A stretch of 64,000 bases of DNA from contig JAFSTG010000044.1 of assembly GCA_017450605.1 (NCBI GenBank), forward strand, positions 3,130 to 67,129. The letters are read 5' to 3'. The stretch comes from Paludibacteraceae bacterium. Its GTDB lineage: Bacteria > Bacteroidota > Bacteroidia > Bacteroidales > Paludibacteraceae. Shown here in pieces: positions 19,268 to 30,053 of the stretch (the first letter of the stretch is position 1; every line of letters begins with the position of its first letter). The translations under genes and the position numbers were made by a program. The notes under the pieces are model-generated. The model had not been told where the DNA came from, searched no databases, and saw only the letters and a list, made by a program, of their open reading frames with translations.

Positions 19268-20028
19268 TGGGTTTTTATATAGGATTTAAAGACATAATAG
19301 ATATTTTTCTCGTAGCTTTGATTCTCTACGAGACATTCCGTTTGTTGCATCGCTCGGGTATGACGAATCTGTTTTGGGGACTCTTCTTGTTTGTGTTCGC
19401 ATGGTTCATGGTCTCGTATGTTTTTCAACTGGAACTGACCGGAGCTTTGTTCGACCGAATAATAAGTGTGGGTGCTATTGCAATACTTATTATTTTTCAG
19501 GACCCTATCCGAATGTTCTTTAGTCGCTTAGGTTCGCGTTTCAACGTACAGGTCTTCCAGCGGTATTTCAAAAACTCGCAGAATCACTCAGCTGGCGAGA
19601 ATGAAGTTATTCAGGTAGTCATGGCGTGCAAGAAAATGTCTAAGACTCATACAGGAGCTCTTATTGTTATAACACGCGAGCAAGACCTTAACGATTATCA
19701 AAAAACCGGAGAGCGCCTTGATGCTGTTATCTCTGAACGTCTGATACAGCAGATATTCTTCAAGAACACGCCCTTGCATGACGGGGCAATGTTCATCTGT
19801 GCAGGTAAGATAAGTACAGCTGCATGTATTCTGCCGGTATCTCAGCGTCAGGATATTCCTCAAAATTATGGTTTGCGTCATCGTGCAGCCTTGGGAATAA
19901 CGGAGCGCACAGATGCTCTTGCCATAGTGGTGTCGGAAGAAACAGGACTCATCTCTGTTGCCGACAACGATAAAATACAAACGGTTAAGATTGACGAATT
20001 GAGCCGAATCCTATCGTCGGTGATGTGA
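19267..20028 (+). CDS. cdaA: diadenylate cyclase (c-di-AMP synthase, CdaA type)
   Basis: 253 aa with three N-terminal TM helices and a DAC domain (TGALIVI, PLHDGAM, GLRHRAALG, VSEETG). Its ATG overlaps the folP stop (TAATG). Confidence 0.85.
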   Translation: MGFYIGFKDIIDIFLVALILYETFRLLHRSGMTNLFWGLFLFVFAWFMVSYVFQLELTGALFDRIISVGAIAILIIFQDPIRMFFSRLGSRFNVQVFQRYFKNSQNHSAGENEVIQVVMACKKMSKTHTGALIVITREQDLNDYQKTGERLDAVISERLIQQIFFKNTPLHDGAMFICAGKISTAACILPVSQRQDIPQNYGLRHRAALGITERTDALAIVVSEETGLISVADNDKIQTVKIDELSRILSSVM

Positions 20029-20063
20029 CAGAAAATCCGAATTAACAAAAAATATGATAATAT

Positions 20064-22121
20064 ATGACATTTAAGAGAACTCTTGTAACAACTGCATTGC
20101 CATACGCAAACGGTCCGGTGCATATCGGACATTTGGCAGGTGTGTATATCCCCGCCGACATCTATGTGAGATATTTGCGTTTGAAAAAGCGTCCCGTTTT
20201 ATTTGTGGGTGGTAGCGACGAGCATGGAGTGCCCGTTACTATTCGAGCAAGAAAAGAAGGAATAACAGTACAGCAGGTGGTTGACCGTTACCATTATTTG
20301 ATAAAAGACTCGTTTGAACGTTTCGGAATATCATTCGATGTATATAGTCGTACTACTTCTAAAACACACTATCGTCTGGCTTCCGAGTTCTTTCGCAAGT
20401 TATACGACGAAGGCAAATTCATTCAGCAAACAACCGAGCAGTTCTACGACGAACAGTCGCATGAGTTTCTCACCGACCGTAATATCCGTGGCGAATGTCC
20501 TCATTGCCATTCAGAGGGTGCATATGGCGACCAGTGTGAGAAATGTGGTCGTACATTGTCGCCCGACGAACTGATTAATCCTTACAATGCCGTCAACGGT
20601 AATCCGTTGACCAAACGTCCTACCACTCATTGGTATCTGCCATTGGACCAGTATCAGTCGTGGCTTGAAGACTGGATACTTAATCAGCATAAAGAGTGGC
20701 GACCCAATGTATATGGTCAGTGCAAATCGTGGTTAGACGGCGGTTTGCGTCCACGTGCAGTAACTCGTGATTTGAATTGGGGCATCCCTGTGCCGGTGGA
20801 AGGAGCAGAAGGAAAAGTGTTGTATGTGTGGTTTGATGCGCCAATAGGATATATCAGTAATACGAAGGAACTATGTGATGCTCAGCCGGAGAAGTTCGGT
20901 AAGTGGGAAACATGGTGGAAAGATTCGTCAACACGTCTTATACACTTTATCGGTAAGGATAATATTGTTTTCCATTGCATAGTATTCCCTTCAATGCTAA
21001 AAGCTGAAGGCTCGTATATATTGCCGGATAATGTGCCGAGCAACGAGTTTTTAAATCTTGAGGGTGATAAGATAAGTACCTCACGCAATTGGGCAGTATG
21101 GCTCAATGAGTATCTTGATGACTTTCCCGGCAAGCAGGATGTGCTCCGTTATGTGCTCACTGCTAATGCTCCGGAAACGAAAGATAACGATTTTACATGG
21201 GCAGATTTCCAAGCCCGTAATAACAACGAACTTGTTGCTATCTATGGCAACTTTATCAATCGTGCGATGGTTCTCACCCATAAATACTTTGGCGGTAAGG
21301 TGCCTCTAAGAGGTGAACTGACCGACTACGACCGCACAACGATAGAGGAATTTATTAACTTAAAACAGACTCTTGAAGAGTTGCTTGAGAATTTCCGTTT
21401 CCGTGATGCACAAAAAGCTGCAATGAATTTAGCAAGAATAGGTAATAAGTATCTTGCTGATACCGAGCCATGGAAGTTGGCAAAGACCGATATGAGCAGA
21501 ACTGCTACCATTCTTAATGTTGCGTTACAGATAGCCGCTAATCTGAGTATAGCTTTCGAGCCGTTTCTGCCTTTCTCATCGGCCAAACTGCGTGGTATGC
21601 TCAATTTGGCGGAAGATGCCGATTGGGGACAGCTTGGTTCGATAGATATTCTTCAAGCTAACAGTGAGTTGCAACAGCCGGAGTTGCTCTTCCTCAAGAT
21701 AGATGATGATGCTATTCAGATTCAACTCGACCGTTTGCAGAGAATAAAGAAAGAGAACGAAATTCAGTCGTGGCAACCTGCAAAAGTGAAAGAACCTACA
21801 AATATCGATGAGTTCGCTAAGGCTGATATTCGTGTGGGAACTGTTCTCGAATGCGAGAAGGTAAAGAAGTCAGATAAGCTCTTATGCTTCAAAATCGACG
21901 ATGGTATGGGTGGTCGCACTATTCTTTCTGGCATAGCTCAGAGTTATCCTGAGCCGGAGAAGTTGGTAGGGCAACAGGTACTATTCATAGCTAATTTCCC
22001 TGTTCGTAAGATGATGGGTATGGAGTCGCAAGGCATGATACTCTCAGCTGTGGATGCCGATGGCAAGTTAGTGCTGGCATCGGTTAGCCGTCAGGTTAAA
22101 AACGGAGCACAGGTGGGATAG
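20064..22121 (+). CDS. metG: methionine--tRNA ligase
   Basis: 685 aa. [14 protein letters not shown] (HIGH motif), a Cys-rich knuckle (CPHC...CEKC), KISTSRN (KMSKS variant), and a C-terminal EMAP/Trbp111-type tRNA-binding domain. Confidence 0.95.
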   Translation: MTFKRTLVTTALPYANGPVHIGHLAGVYIPADIYVRYLRLKKRPVLFVGGSDEHGVPVTIRARKEGITVQQVVDRYHYLIKDSFERFGISFDVYSRTTSKTHYRLASEFFRKLYDEGKFIQQTTEQFYDEQSHEFLTDRNIRGECPHCHSEGAYGDQCEKCGRTLSPDELINPYNAVNGNPLTKRPTTHWYLPLDQYQSWLEDWILNQHKEWRPNVYGQCKSWLDGGLRPRAVTRDLNWGIPVPVEGAEGKVLYVWFDAPIGYISNTKELCDAQPEKFGKWETWWKDSSTRLIHFIGKDNIVFHCIVFPSMLKAEGSYILPDNVPSNEFLNLEGDKISTSRNWAVWLNEYLDDFPGKQDVLRYVLTANAPETKDNDFTWADFQARNNNELVAIYGNFINRAMVLTHKYFGGKVPLRGELTDYDRTTIEEFINLKQTLEELLENFRFRDAQKAAMNLARIGNKYLADTEPWKLAKTDMSRTATILNVALQIAANLSIAFEPFLPFSSAKLRGMLNLAEDADWGQLGSIDILQANSELQQPELLFLKIDDDAIQIQLDRLQRIKKENEIQSWQPAKVKEPTNIDEFAKADIRVGTVLECEKVKKSDKLLCFKIDDGMGGRTILSGIAQSYPEPEKLVGQQVLFIANFPVRKMMGMESQGMILSAVDADGKLVLASVSRQVKNGAQVG

Positions 22122-22193
22122 CAGGTGGCAGGTAGCAAGTGGTAGGAAAAAACTTTTTTTTAGCAAAAATTTGCGTATTTGAGAAACTTATTG

Positions 22194-22201
22194 TATTTTT
22201 G
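22194..22201 (+). promoter_or_regulatory. -7 box TATTTTTG upstream of tRNA-Met
   Basis: Matches TAnnTTTG, 49 nt upstream of the tRNA 5' end. Confidence 0.4.
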
Positions 22202-22249
22202 CACCCGCTTTTGAGAAATGCACGTATTTTCTCACAAGTAAGTTCTTTT

Positions 22250-22323
22250 GGCGAGGTAGCTCAGCTGGTTAGAGCGCATGATTCATAATCATGAGGTCCC
22301 CGGTTCAATCCCGGGCCTCGCTA
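22250..22323 (+). tRNA. tRNA with CAT anticodon (Met; Ile2/lysidine type not excluded)
   Basis: A cloverleaf was read by eye: acceptor GGCGAGG/CCTCGCT, D arm AGCTCAGCTGGTTAGAGC, anticodon stem-loop CATGA-TTCATAA-TCATG, and T arm CCCGG-TTCAATC-CCGGG. No CCA is encoded. Confidence 0.85.
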
Positions 22324-22347
22324 CAAGAATTATAAAATATAACGGTT

Positions 22348-22380
22348 ATAAGGTGTGTCGAGGAGGCATACCTTATTTTG
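22348..22380 (+). terminator. intrinsic terminator after tRNA-Met
   Basis: ATAAGGT ... ACCTTAT stem followed by TTTG. Confidence 0.5.
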
Positions 22381-22450
22381 TACTCTAAGTTATTTTAATT
22401 TTTAAAAGCATTCCGACAGGTACAATTTTTGTAGTTTATGCAAAAATATG

Positions 22451-22458
22451 TAATTTTG
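22451..22458 (+). promoter_or_regulatory. -7 box TAATTTTG upstream of antiporter gene
   Basis: Matches TAnnTTTG, 29 nt upstream of the ATG at 22487. Confidence 0.5.
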
Positions 22459-22486
22459 TAAATTGTAATACAGGCTTTGTTTGAAT

Positions 22487-24118
22487 ATGGTAGAAGTTGA
22501 ATTTATTCTTCTTGTATTTTCTATACTTTTTATAGTTAGCATTCTAACTGATAAGATAGGTAGCAAATTGGGGGTTCCTGCCTTGTTGCTGTTCCTGCTT
22601 GTAGGAATGTTGTTTGGAGACGATGGCTTAGGTCTTCATTTCGCTAACATAGGCCTTGCTCAGGCTGTAGGTACGTGTGCATTGTGTGTCATACTTTTCT
22701 CGGGTGGTATGGATACCAATCTTGCAACTGTGCGACCTGTACTATGGCAGGGTGTTACACTTGCTACTATAGGTGTGGTTCTGATGGCGGGCTTTACTGG
22801 CGGGATTCTATGGTTGCTTGGTAAAACCTCTCTAATGGCTCCGGTAGCATTAGGCTCTTGTTTGCTTATTGGCTCTACGATGTCTTCTACCGACTCCGCT
22901 TCGGTCTTTAGCGTCCTTCGTTCTAAAGGTATTCGGTTGAAGTACAACTTGCAGCCGATGCTCGAACTCGAAAGCGGCAGTAACGACCCTGTAGCCTATA
23001 TACTGACAACAACAATGATAGGTATTGTAAAAATGGAGGTTCATCAGTCGGTATGGGGCATAATAGGAACAGTGATATTGCAGATTGTGGTGGGAGCATT
23101 GCTCGGCTATCTGCTGGGCATTATGCTGGTTTGGTTTGTAAATAAGGTATCGATATCTAATCGCTCGTTATACCCTATATTGGTGCTTGCAAGTTGCATC
23201 TTTATATTCTCTGTAACATATTATCTTAAGGGCAATCCTTATCTTGCTGTATATATAGGTGGACTGATGTTCGGTAACTCGAAGTTTGTTCATAAGACTT
23301 CAACATTAGGATTCTTTGATGGTATAAGTTGGCTTTGTCAGTTGGTTATGTTCCTCACTTTGGGTTTGCTTGTTAATCCGAGCGAGATGATAAGTAACGG
23401 TGTGTGGTTGCCTGCAATAATCTTAAGCGTGATAATGATATTCCTTGCCCGACCTCTCAGCACATATATATGTCTTCTGCCGTGGCGCAAGTCATTGCCA
23501 TTCAATGCCAGACTTTTTGTCTCGTGGGTTGGGCTGCGCGGTGCTTCGCCTATTATCTTTGCTATATTATGTGTTGCAGCCAGTGTGCCTCGCGGCGAGA
23601 TAATATTTAACATAGTATTCTTCTGCACTCTTATATCTTTACTCGTGCAGGGAACATCGCTTTCAGCAATGGCGCGTCTGTTGAAAGTAGATTTGCCGCC
23701 GCTGAAAAAGCATAACATAAAAATTAATGGCGAGGTCGATTTGATGGAAGAGGTGAAATCGGTATCGGTAGAAATACTTATTATAGATGAGATGCTACGT
23801 GCAGGTAATCAGTTGATGGATCTTGGTCTTCCTCACGAGACGTTAGCTATTCTTGTCAGGCGGCCAAGAGTGAATACGGCGGGTGAGGTGCTATTTGTTC
23901 CGACAGGTAGAACAGAACTGCAAGTGGGCGACCACCTGCTCGTCATCGGTAATGACAAGACTGTTCTCAACAATCTGAAAGAGACTTTGATAGAACATGC
24001 CGATGTGCACAAACTACCGGCTCGGTCGTTGTTAGAAAATATTCCACAGTGGCCGGTGAAATATTTAAGAATGATAAAAGAGAAGTTGTTGTCGCTTAAA
24101 AGAAAAAAAGAGCAATAA
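22487..24118 (+). CDS. potassium/proton antiporter (CPA1/NhaP2-type) with C-terminal RCK_C/TrkA-C domain
   Basis: About 543 aa with roughly 12 TM segments and a soluble C-terminal domain (ILIIDEML...LQVGDHLLVIG). The ORF track starts at TTG 22481; the ATG at 22487 is used here. Confidence 0.8.
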   Translation: MVEVEFILLVFSILFIVSILTDKIGSKLGVPALLLFLLVGMLFGDDGLGLHFANIGLAQAVGTCALCVILFSGGMDTNLATVRPVLWQGVTLATIGVVLMAGFTGGILWLLGKTSLMAPVALGSCLLIGSTMSSTDSASVFSVLRSKGIRLKYNLQPMLELESGSNDPVAYILTTTMIGIVKMEVHQSVWGIIGTVILQIVVGALLGYLLGIMLVWFVNKVSISNRSLYPILVLASCIFIFSVTYYLKGNPYLAVYIGGLMFGNSKFVHKTSTLGFFDGISWLCQLVMFLTLGLLVNPSEMISNGVWLPAIILSVIMIFLARPLSTYICLLPWRKSLPFNARLFVSWVGLRGASPIIFAILCVAASVPRGEIIFNIVFFCTLISLLVQGTSLSAMARLLKVDLPPLKKHNIKINGEVDLMEEVKSVSVEILIIDEMLRAGNQLMDLGLPHETLAILVRRPRVNTAGEVLFVPTGRTELQVGDHLLVIGNDKTVLNNLKETLIEHADVHKLPARSLLENIPQWPVKYLRMIKEKLLSLKRKKEQ

Positions 24119-24131
24119 TCATAAGTTCATC

Positions 24132-24809
24132 ATGAGAGAACGTTGGGCAGTCATAGTAGCCGGTGGTAGCGGTTTGCGTATGGGATCCGACACGCCAAAG
24201 CAGTTTATGCTTTTAGCAGGTCGGCCCGTGGTTATTCATACGTTAGAAAAGTTTGCCGACTGTCATATTGTGCTGGTGTTGCCGGAATTGCAAATACCAT
24301 TTTGGAAGTCTTTATGGCATCAGTATCAGTCCACTTTATCGGTTGAGGATATACAAATAGCCGTAGGTGGTGCAACACGTACAGAATCGGTGCTCAATGG
24401 TTTACATTATGTACCCGATGGTGTACTTGTAGCCATACACGATGCTGTGCGTCCATTGGTGTCGAAACATCTGATAGAAGAATGTTTTGTTAGTGCCGAC
24501 AAAACCGGTTCGGGTGTGGCAGCAGTGGAGTGTACCGATAGTTTGAGGCAAAAGAACCCTGACAGCGGTACAACAACAGCGGTTGACAGGTCTCTCTATT
24601 TGTTGATGCAGACGCCGCAGACCTTTCGTTCTGAAGACATAAAACGGGCTTATCAAGTAGTATGTAACAGAAATGACAGCCGTCTGTTAACCGACGATGC
24701 CACGGTGTACGAGGCAACAGGAAACGCTCTCCATTTCTTAAAAGGCGAGCGTTCGAATATCAAAATAACTCTGCCCGTTGACCTCCGTGTGGCTGAGGCA
24801 TTGTTATAA
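24132..24809 (+). CDS. ispD: 2-C-methyl-D-erythritol 4-phosphate cytidylyltransferase
   Basis: 225 aa. N-terminal VIVAGGSGLRMGSDTPKQF, plus VAIHDAVRP and QTPQTF motifs. Confidence 0.85.
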   Translation: MRERWAVIVAGGSGLRMGSDTPKQFMLLAGRPVVIHTLEKFADCHIVLVLPELQIPFWKSLWHQYQSTLSVEDIQIAVGGATRTESVLNGLHYVPDGVLVAIHDAVRPLVSKHLIEECFVSADKTGSGVAAVECTDSLRQKNPDSGTTTAVDRSLYLLMQTPQTFRSEDIKRAYQVVCNRNDSRLLTDDATVYEATGNALHFLKGERSNIKITLPVDLRVAEALL

Positions 24810-24921
24810 GAAACAGTAACTGACATTTTGTCAGTTGCAAATAATTGGCATTTTGTTTGTATAATTTTTATTGAGTTTGAATAATAGGCGGTGTATATTG
24901 TCTGTGTTAGGACGGTGTCGT

Positions 24922-26937
24922 ATGATGCTGTTAATGGTATGCTTGCTATTTGCTTTTTCTGTTTCTGCAGCCGATACAAAAGGTTCGTCGAAGAAAGAAA
25001 AGCGGGTGGCAACTAAAATCAAGACATGGCATTTGGCAGACGATTATAGTGTAGCAGATACATTGCAAGCAGACACATCGTATATAAACCTGCCTATGCG
25101 TGAGTTGCCTCGTACATATTCGATTGCAAACAGTTATAATGGCAACTTTGTGTCGCCCATAGAATCGAAGATTTATTTTGATAGAAAGCCAAAACTTAAT
25201 TTTTTGTTTGCGCAGTCGTATATCCCGTATCTGATTACCTCGCGCGATGTGCAATTTTATAATACTACTACACCTTACAGCCGGGTAGAGTATAAACGAG
25301 GTTTCACTACTTATAGGGAAGAACATGATATCGACTTCTTCTTCACCGGCAATATAGGACGACGTTTGAACTTAGGAGTTGGCCTTAACTATCTTACCGG
25401 GGTGGGACATTACGAATCGCAAGCAGGTAAACGGTTTAACGGACAAATATTTGGTTCGTATAACGGCAATCATTATTCCATTCAGGCAGGAGTGGTCTTT
25501 AACACACTTACAAATCAGGAAAACGGTGGTTTGGATACGTTGGCGGAGCTTGGCGGTGCACTTAGCTCATACGATTTGCCATATCGGATGAGCGGTCAGT
25601 CGGCACTTAAGCATATAAGCGGTTTTTTCAATCATTACTATAGTCTGACAGTTGAACGTGAGCGGCGAGTGCCGCTTCCCGAACCTCGCGGCGGCTGGAT
25701 TGGCGATGAGCCACGCGATACGGTGATAATTGATTATATACCTGTTACCACCTTCAAGCATACGTTCGAGTGCGGACAGACAGCAAAGCAGTATCTTGAG
25801 AAGTCGGTGCCCACTTCTTTCTTCGAAAATACCTATTTCAGCACAGGCTCAACGCGCGACACTGCGAGTGTGATTAACTTGCGCAACACCCTTTCTGTTA
25901 CTTTCGAAGAGGAATTTAACAAATGGTTGCGCTTCGGTGCTACAGTGTTCGCTACAAATGAATTTGAGAGATATGCTTATACTGTTGGTGATACCGCAAG
26001 TATGTTTACGTTAGGCTATCCGTCGAATGTTAGTAGTAATGCCCTTGCTCAGCTGTTTCTGCCAACCGACACGGTAAAAGCTCATCATTGGACAAACAAC
26101 ACATGGATAGGAGCTTCGCTCTATAAAAACAATGGCAAGTATATACATTACGGTTTCAGTGGCGAGGTGTGTCTGGCTGGATATAAGATAGGTGAGTTTG
26201 CCGTAAGAGGACATTTGGACGGAGATTTCCGTGTCGGACGCGATACGATGTATATAAAAGCATCGGCATACGTTAAGAACCAGCAGCCCGATTGGTTTAT
26301 GTCGCATTATCGCTCGAACCATTATATTTGGGAAAACGACTTTCAGAAAATTTATCGTTTTTATGTGGGTGGGGAGATAAGTTATCCGACCAAATACGTC
26401 AAACCGTCAGCCCGTGTACGTTTCGAGAATATTACCCGTCATATCTATTTCGATAGTCATGGTCTGCCACGGCAGCACGATGCTAACATACAAGTGCTTG
26501 CCGTTGATGCCAAAGTGGATATCCGCACAAAGCGTTTTGGTATGGAGAATACGGTAGTCTATCAACTTTCGTCGTCTAACTTGATGCCGCTGCCAACGTT
26601 GGCACTTTATCATAATGTGTATTACCACGATTGTTGGTTCAAAGCACTAATGGTACAAATGGGAGTGGATATGAATTATAATACAGCCTATTATGCACCG
26701 TTGCTTAATCCTGCTACCGGACAGTTTATGGTTCAGAATTGGCAGAAGGTAGGCAACTATCCGGTACTGAACGTGTATGCTAACTTTTACGTAAAACTCC
26801 TCAGACTTAAGTTCTTTGCACAGTTTACGCATTTTAACTATTACTTTATGAAAAATAAAACATACTATTCGATGCCTAACTATCCGCTCAATCCTCCGGT
26901 GTTCAGAGCTGGATTGGCATGGCATTTCTATAACTAA
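24922..26937 (+). CDS. large outer-membrane beta-barrel protein (Bacteroidota putative-porin-like)
   Basis: About 671 aa from the ATG at 24922 (MMLLMVCLLFAFSVSAAD signal). Aromatic/Gly-rich alternating strands with a C-terminal ...AGLAWHFYN. Confidence 0.5.
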   Translation: MMLLMVCLLFAFSVSAADTKGSSKKEKRVATKIKTWHLADDYSVADTLQADTSYINLPMRELPRTYSIANSYNGNFVSPIESKIYFDRKPKLNFLFAQSYIPYLITSRDVQFYNTTTPYSRVEYKRGFTTYREEHDIDFFFTGNIGRRLNLGVGLNYLTGVGHYESQAGKRFNGQIFGSYNGNHYSIQAGVVFNTLTNQENGGLDTLAELGGALSSYDLPYRMSGQSALKHISGFFNHYYSLTVERERRVPLPEPRGGWIGDEPRDTVIIDYIPVTTFKHTFECGQTAKQYLEKSVPTSFFENTYFSTGSTRDTASVINLRNTLSVTFEEEFNKWLRFGATVFATNEFERYAYTVGDTASMFTLGYPSNVSSNALAQLFLPTDTVKAHHWTNNTWIGASLYKNNGKYIHYGFSGEVCLAGYKIGEFAVRGHLDGDFRVGRDTMYIKASAYVKNQQPDWFMSHYRSNHYIWENDFQKIYRFYVGGEISYPTKYVKPSARVRFENITRHIYFDSHGLPRQHDANIQVLAVDAKVDIRTKRFGMENTVVYQLSSSNLMPLPTLALYHNVYYHDCWFKALMVQMGVDMNYNTAYYAPLLNPATGQFMVQNWQKVGNYPVLNVYANFYVKLLRLKFFAQFTHFNYYFMKNKTYYSMPNYPLNPPVFRAGLAWHFYN

Positions 26938-26958
26938 CAAAACCTTAGCTAAACTATT

Positions 26959-29553
26959 ATGAATCAGTCGTTACATTTAAATAAAACATTGCGTTTTGCT
27001 CATCAGGAGGCACAGCGTTTAGGAAATGAGTATGTATCGCCCGAACATTTGGTATTGGGCATGCTGCGTTTAGGAAAAGACACGCAAGATACATTGTTCG
27101 ATGCTAAGTCGGCAGGTTCTAATATGTCGACCGGCAACATATCGTCGGATGCAGCGTTGAGTGTACTTAACTCGTTAGGTGTTAATCTCGATGACTTAAA
27201 ATTCGAATGTGAAAGATTGGCAAAGACCAAGTCGCAAGAAATGCTCAAGGATGGAGATAATTCAGCTATTAGGATTTTGAAAATTGCAGAGTTGGAGACC
27301 TTGTCGCTTAAAGAATCAACCTCCGACACTAAACATTTATTATTGGCTATTATGAAAGATCAAACAAATTCAGTGGCTCAACTGCTTACCGATAAATATG
27401 GTATAACCTACGACAATATCAAATTGAAAGTGCGCACAACAAAGAGTAGCACTCCTTATATGGAAGGGTTTCTTGATGCGGAAGATGACGCTGAGCAATC
27501 AGTTTCTGACGAAAATAAGGAAAAGCAGCAGTCGAAAATGCATAAGTCGGAGACTCCGGCCCTCGATAGTTATGGAATAGACATCACAAAGAAGGCTCGT
27601 CAAGGTCTGCTCGATCCGGTGATAGGCAGGCAGGCGGAGATAACACGTGTTGTGCAGATTCTCTCTCGTCGCAGAAAGAATAACCCCATATTGATAGGCG
27701 ACCCTGGTGTGGGTAAATCGGCTATAGTAGAGGGCTTGGCAATGCGTATCAACAACAGGGAAGTGTCGCCTGCCTTGTTCGGCAAGCGTATTGTAACCCT
27801 CGATTTGGCTTCAATGGTGGCAGGAACAAAGTATCGTGGTCAGTTTGAAGAAAGAATGAAAAATGTTCTCACCGAACTGCAGGCTAATCCTGATATAATT
27901 TTGTTTATCGATGAGATTCATAATATTATAGGTGCCGGGAACGCATCCGGTTCGCTTGATGCAGCCAATATTCTAAAACCAGCTCTTTCTCGCGGCGATA
28001 TTCAGTGTATAGGTGCAACAACCATTAACGAATACCGTCAGAGTATCGAAAAAGACGGAGCATTAGAGCGCCGTTTCCAGAAAGTGATGGTTAAGCCTAC
28101 TACTGCCGAAGAAACGATAGAGATACTTGGGCAGTTGGCTCCACATTATGCTGAGCATCATAATGTAACCTATTCGAAAGAGGCTATTAAGGCATGCGTT
28201 ACTCTTACCGACAGATATATATCCGAGCGTGCTTTTCCGGATAAAGCCATTGATGCTCTTGATGAGGCAGGTGCAAACAAACGTATCAGTCTGCCTATTG
28301 CTCCTAATTCAATCGACGAGATACAAGAGCAACTTAACTCTGTTATCAATGAGAAAAAGGCTGCTATCAGCCGCAAAGATTTCGAGAATGCCGTAGCCTT
28401 GCGCGATAAGGAACGTGATTTGGAGTTGGCACTTAAAGGCGAAATGAGCCGTTGGCGTAGAGCAACAGATACCGAGGTTCCCGTTGTTGACGAGGAAGAT
28501 GTGGCACGAGTGGTGGCAATGATGTCGGGTGTGCCGGTGCAGCGTCTCAGCACCGACGAGAACATACGTCTGCGTGAGTTGTCAGCTCGCCTTTCAAAAC
28601 GAGTTGTGGGTCAACAGCAAGCAATAGCGAAAATTTCGCGTGCTATTCAGCGAGGTCGTGTAGGGCTGAAAGCTCCTAATCGTCCGATAGGCACATTCCT
28701 CTTCTTAGGACCGACAGGTGTAGGTAAAACATATCTTGCCGAGTGTTTGGCAGAAGACCTGTTTGGTAAAAGCGATGCACTTATAAGAATTGATATGTCG
28801 GAGTATATGGAGAAACATGCTGTGTCACTTCTTGTCGGAGCGCCTCCGGGGTATGTGGCTCACGAGGATGGCGGTAAACTAACAGAAGCAGTACGCCGTA
28901 AACCCTACTCGATAGTACTCTTCGATGAGATTGAAAAAGCTCATCCAGATGTGTTCAATATATTACTTCAGGTAATGGATGAAGGACGCCTGACCGACCG
29001 CCAAGGCAAAGAGGTTGATTTTAAAAATACAATAGTGATATTAACCTCAAACACCGGTACGCGTCAACTTAAAGATTTCGGACAAGGCATCGGTTTCCAT
29101 GATACTCCCGTTCTTACACAGCAGAAAGCTGAAGACATACTGCGTAAGGCACTTAACAGAACGTTCGCGCCGGAGTTCCTTAACCGTATAGATAATATAG
29201 TTGTATTCGAGCAACTTAATGAGGAATCGATGCGGCAGATTGTTGATATTGAACTTGGGCAGACTATCAAACAATTGGCAACGATGGGTTACAGTCTCGA
29301 GTTGACCGACGAGGCAATGAAACTGATATGCAGGAAAGGTTACGATGTGCAGTATGGCGCCCGACCTGTAAAAAGGGCAATACAGACCTATGTGCTTGAT
29401 GCGCTTACCGACCTCATGCTCGACGGAAATCCGTCGGCTGCCTCTACGATAGTTGTAGATGTCGCAAAAGATTCGGAATCGACAACGGCATCATGGAAAT
29501 CGGCAGAACAGCTGATTCTGCTTCCGCAGAGAGAAGACAAACAGCTTGATTAG
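26959..29553 (+). CDS. clpC: ATP-dependent Clp protease ATP-binding subunit (ClpC-type double AAA+)
   Basis: 864 aa. Clp_N repeats, two Walker A sites (GDPGVGKS, GPTGVGKT), a UVR-like linker (DFENAVALRDKERDL), and a ClpP-docking GIGF loop. Confidence 0.8.
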   Translation: MNQSLHLNKTLRFAHQEAQRLGNEYVSPEHLVLGMLRLGKDTQDTLFDAKSAGSNMSTGNISSDAALSVLNSLGVNLDDLKFECERLAKTKSQEMLKDGDNSAIRILKIAELETLSLKESTSDTKHLLLAIMKDQTNSVAQLLTDKYGITYDNIKLKVRTTKSSTPYMEGFLDAEDDAEQSVSDENKEKQQSKMHKSETPALDSYGIDITKKARQGLLDPVIGRQAEITRVVQILSRRRKNNPILIGDPGVGKSAIVEGLAMRINNREVSPALFGKRIVTLDLASMVAGTKYRGQFEERMKNVLTELQANPDIILFIDEIHNIIGAGNASGSLDAANILKPALSRGDIQCIGATTINEYRQSIEKDGALERRFQKVMVKPTTAEETIEILGQLAPHYAEHHNVTYSKEAIKACVTLTDRYISERAFPDKAIDALDEAGANKRISLPIAPNSIDEIQEQLNSVINEKKAAISRKDFENAVALRDKERDLELALKGEMSRWRRATDTEVPVVDEEDVARVVAMMSGVPVQRLSTDENIRLRELSARLSKRVVGQQQAIAKISRAIQRGRVGLKAPNRPIGTFLFLGPTGVGKTYLAECLAEDLFGKSDALIRIDMSEYMEKHAVSLLVGAPPGYVAHEDGGKLTEAVRRKPYSIVLFDEIEKAHPDVFNILLQVMDEGRLTDRQGKEVDFKNTIVILTSNTGTRQLKDFGQGIGFHDTPVLTQQKAEDILRKALNRTFAPEFLNRIDNIVVFEQLNEESMRQIVDIELGQTIKQLATMGYSLELTDEAMKLICRKGYDVQYGARPVKRAIQTYVLDALTDLMLDGNPSAASTIVVDVAKDSESTTASWKSAEQLILLPQREDKQLD

Positions 29554-29577
29554 TTTTTCATTAAATAATATAAGATT

Positions 29578-29892
29578 ATGGTAGTAGAAATGAATGATGC
29601 CAACTTCAAGAGTCTGTTGGCAGAGGGTAATGCCCTCGTAGTTGATTTTTGGGCACCATGGTGCGGACCATGCAAAATGCTCGGACCCGTCATTGAACAA
29701 TTGGCAGACGAATTTGACGGAAAGTTAGTTGTAGGAAAGGTTAATGTTGACGAGAACGATGAGGTGTGTCAGGAATATGGCATTATGAACATCCCTACTG
29801 TTTTGTTCTTTAAGGATGGTAAACTCGTTGACCGCCACGTTGGCTTTGCACGAAAACCGGAAATGGAGCAGAAATTTTCAGCACTGCTTTAG
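29578..29892 (+). CDS. trxA: thioredoxin
   Basis: 104 aa with the WAPWCGPCK active site. Confidence 0.92.
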   Translation: MVVEMNDANFKSLLAEGNALVVDFWAPWCGPCKMLGPVIEQLADEFDGKLVVGKVNVDENDEVCQEYGIMNIPTVLFFKDGKLVDRHVGFARKPEMEQKFSALL

Positions 29893-29904
29893 TCCTGTAA
29901 ATTA

Positions 29905-30049
29905 GCCACGGGCAATCGGTCAGGATTACTCGTTATCCATCCTCCTGCCACGGGCTATCGGTCTGGATTACTGCGTTATCCCTCCCCCCTTGCCACGGGC
30001 AATCGGTCAGGATTACTGCGTTATCCCTCCCCCCTTGCCACGGGCAATC
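29905..30049. repeat. intergenic tandem direct repeat, about 45-bp unit x 3.3
   Basis: Units start at 29905 (42 bp, diverged), 29947 (45 bp), 29992 (45 bp, differing from the second unit at 2 positions) and 30037 (13-bp partial). The consensus is GCCACGGGCAATCGGTCAGGATTACTGCGTTATCCCTCCCCCCTT. Confidence 0.9.
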
Positions 30050-30053
30050 TTAT

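Noticed and set aside
19265-19269. folP-cdaA TAATG overlap as something unusual
   Set aside because: Translational coupling of folP with the diadenylate cyclase gene appears to be an ordinary conserved operon arrangement. It is recorded in the features and not treated as a finding.
22250-22323. Assigning the CAT-anticodon tRNA specifically to initiator or Ile2
   Set aside because: It lacks the three consecutive G-C pairs in the anticodon stem expected of an initiator. Ile2 versus elongator Met cannot be separated by eye, so it is left as Met (CAT) with a caveat.
26959-29553. Calling the 864-aa AAA+ protein ClpB
   Set aside because: It has a short UVR-like linker and a GIGF ClpP-docking loop rather than the long coiled-coil M-domain of ClpB, so a ClpC-type call is preferred. 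This was not verified by alignment.
29905-30049. Possible CRISPR array
   Set aside because: The repeat units abut directly with no spacers. There are only ~3 copies and no cas genes, so it is a simple tandem repeat.
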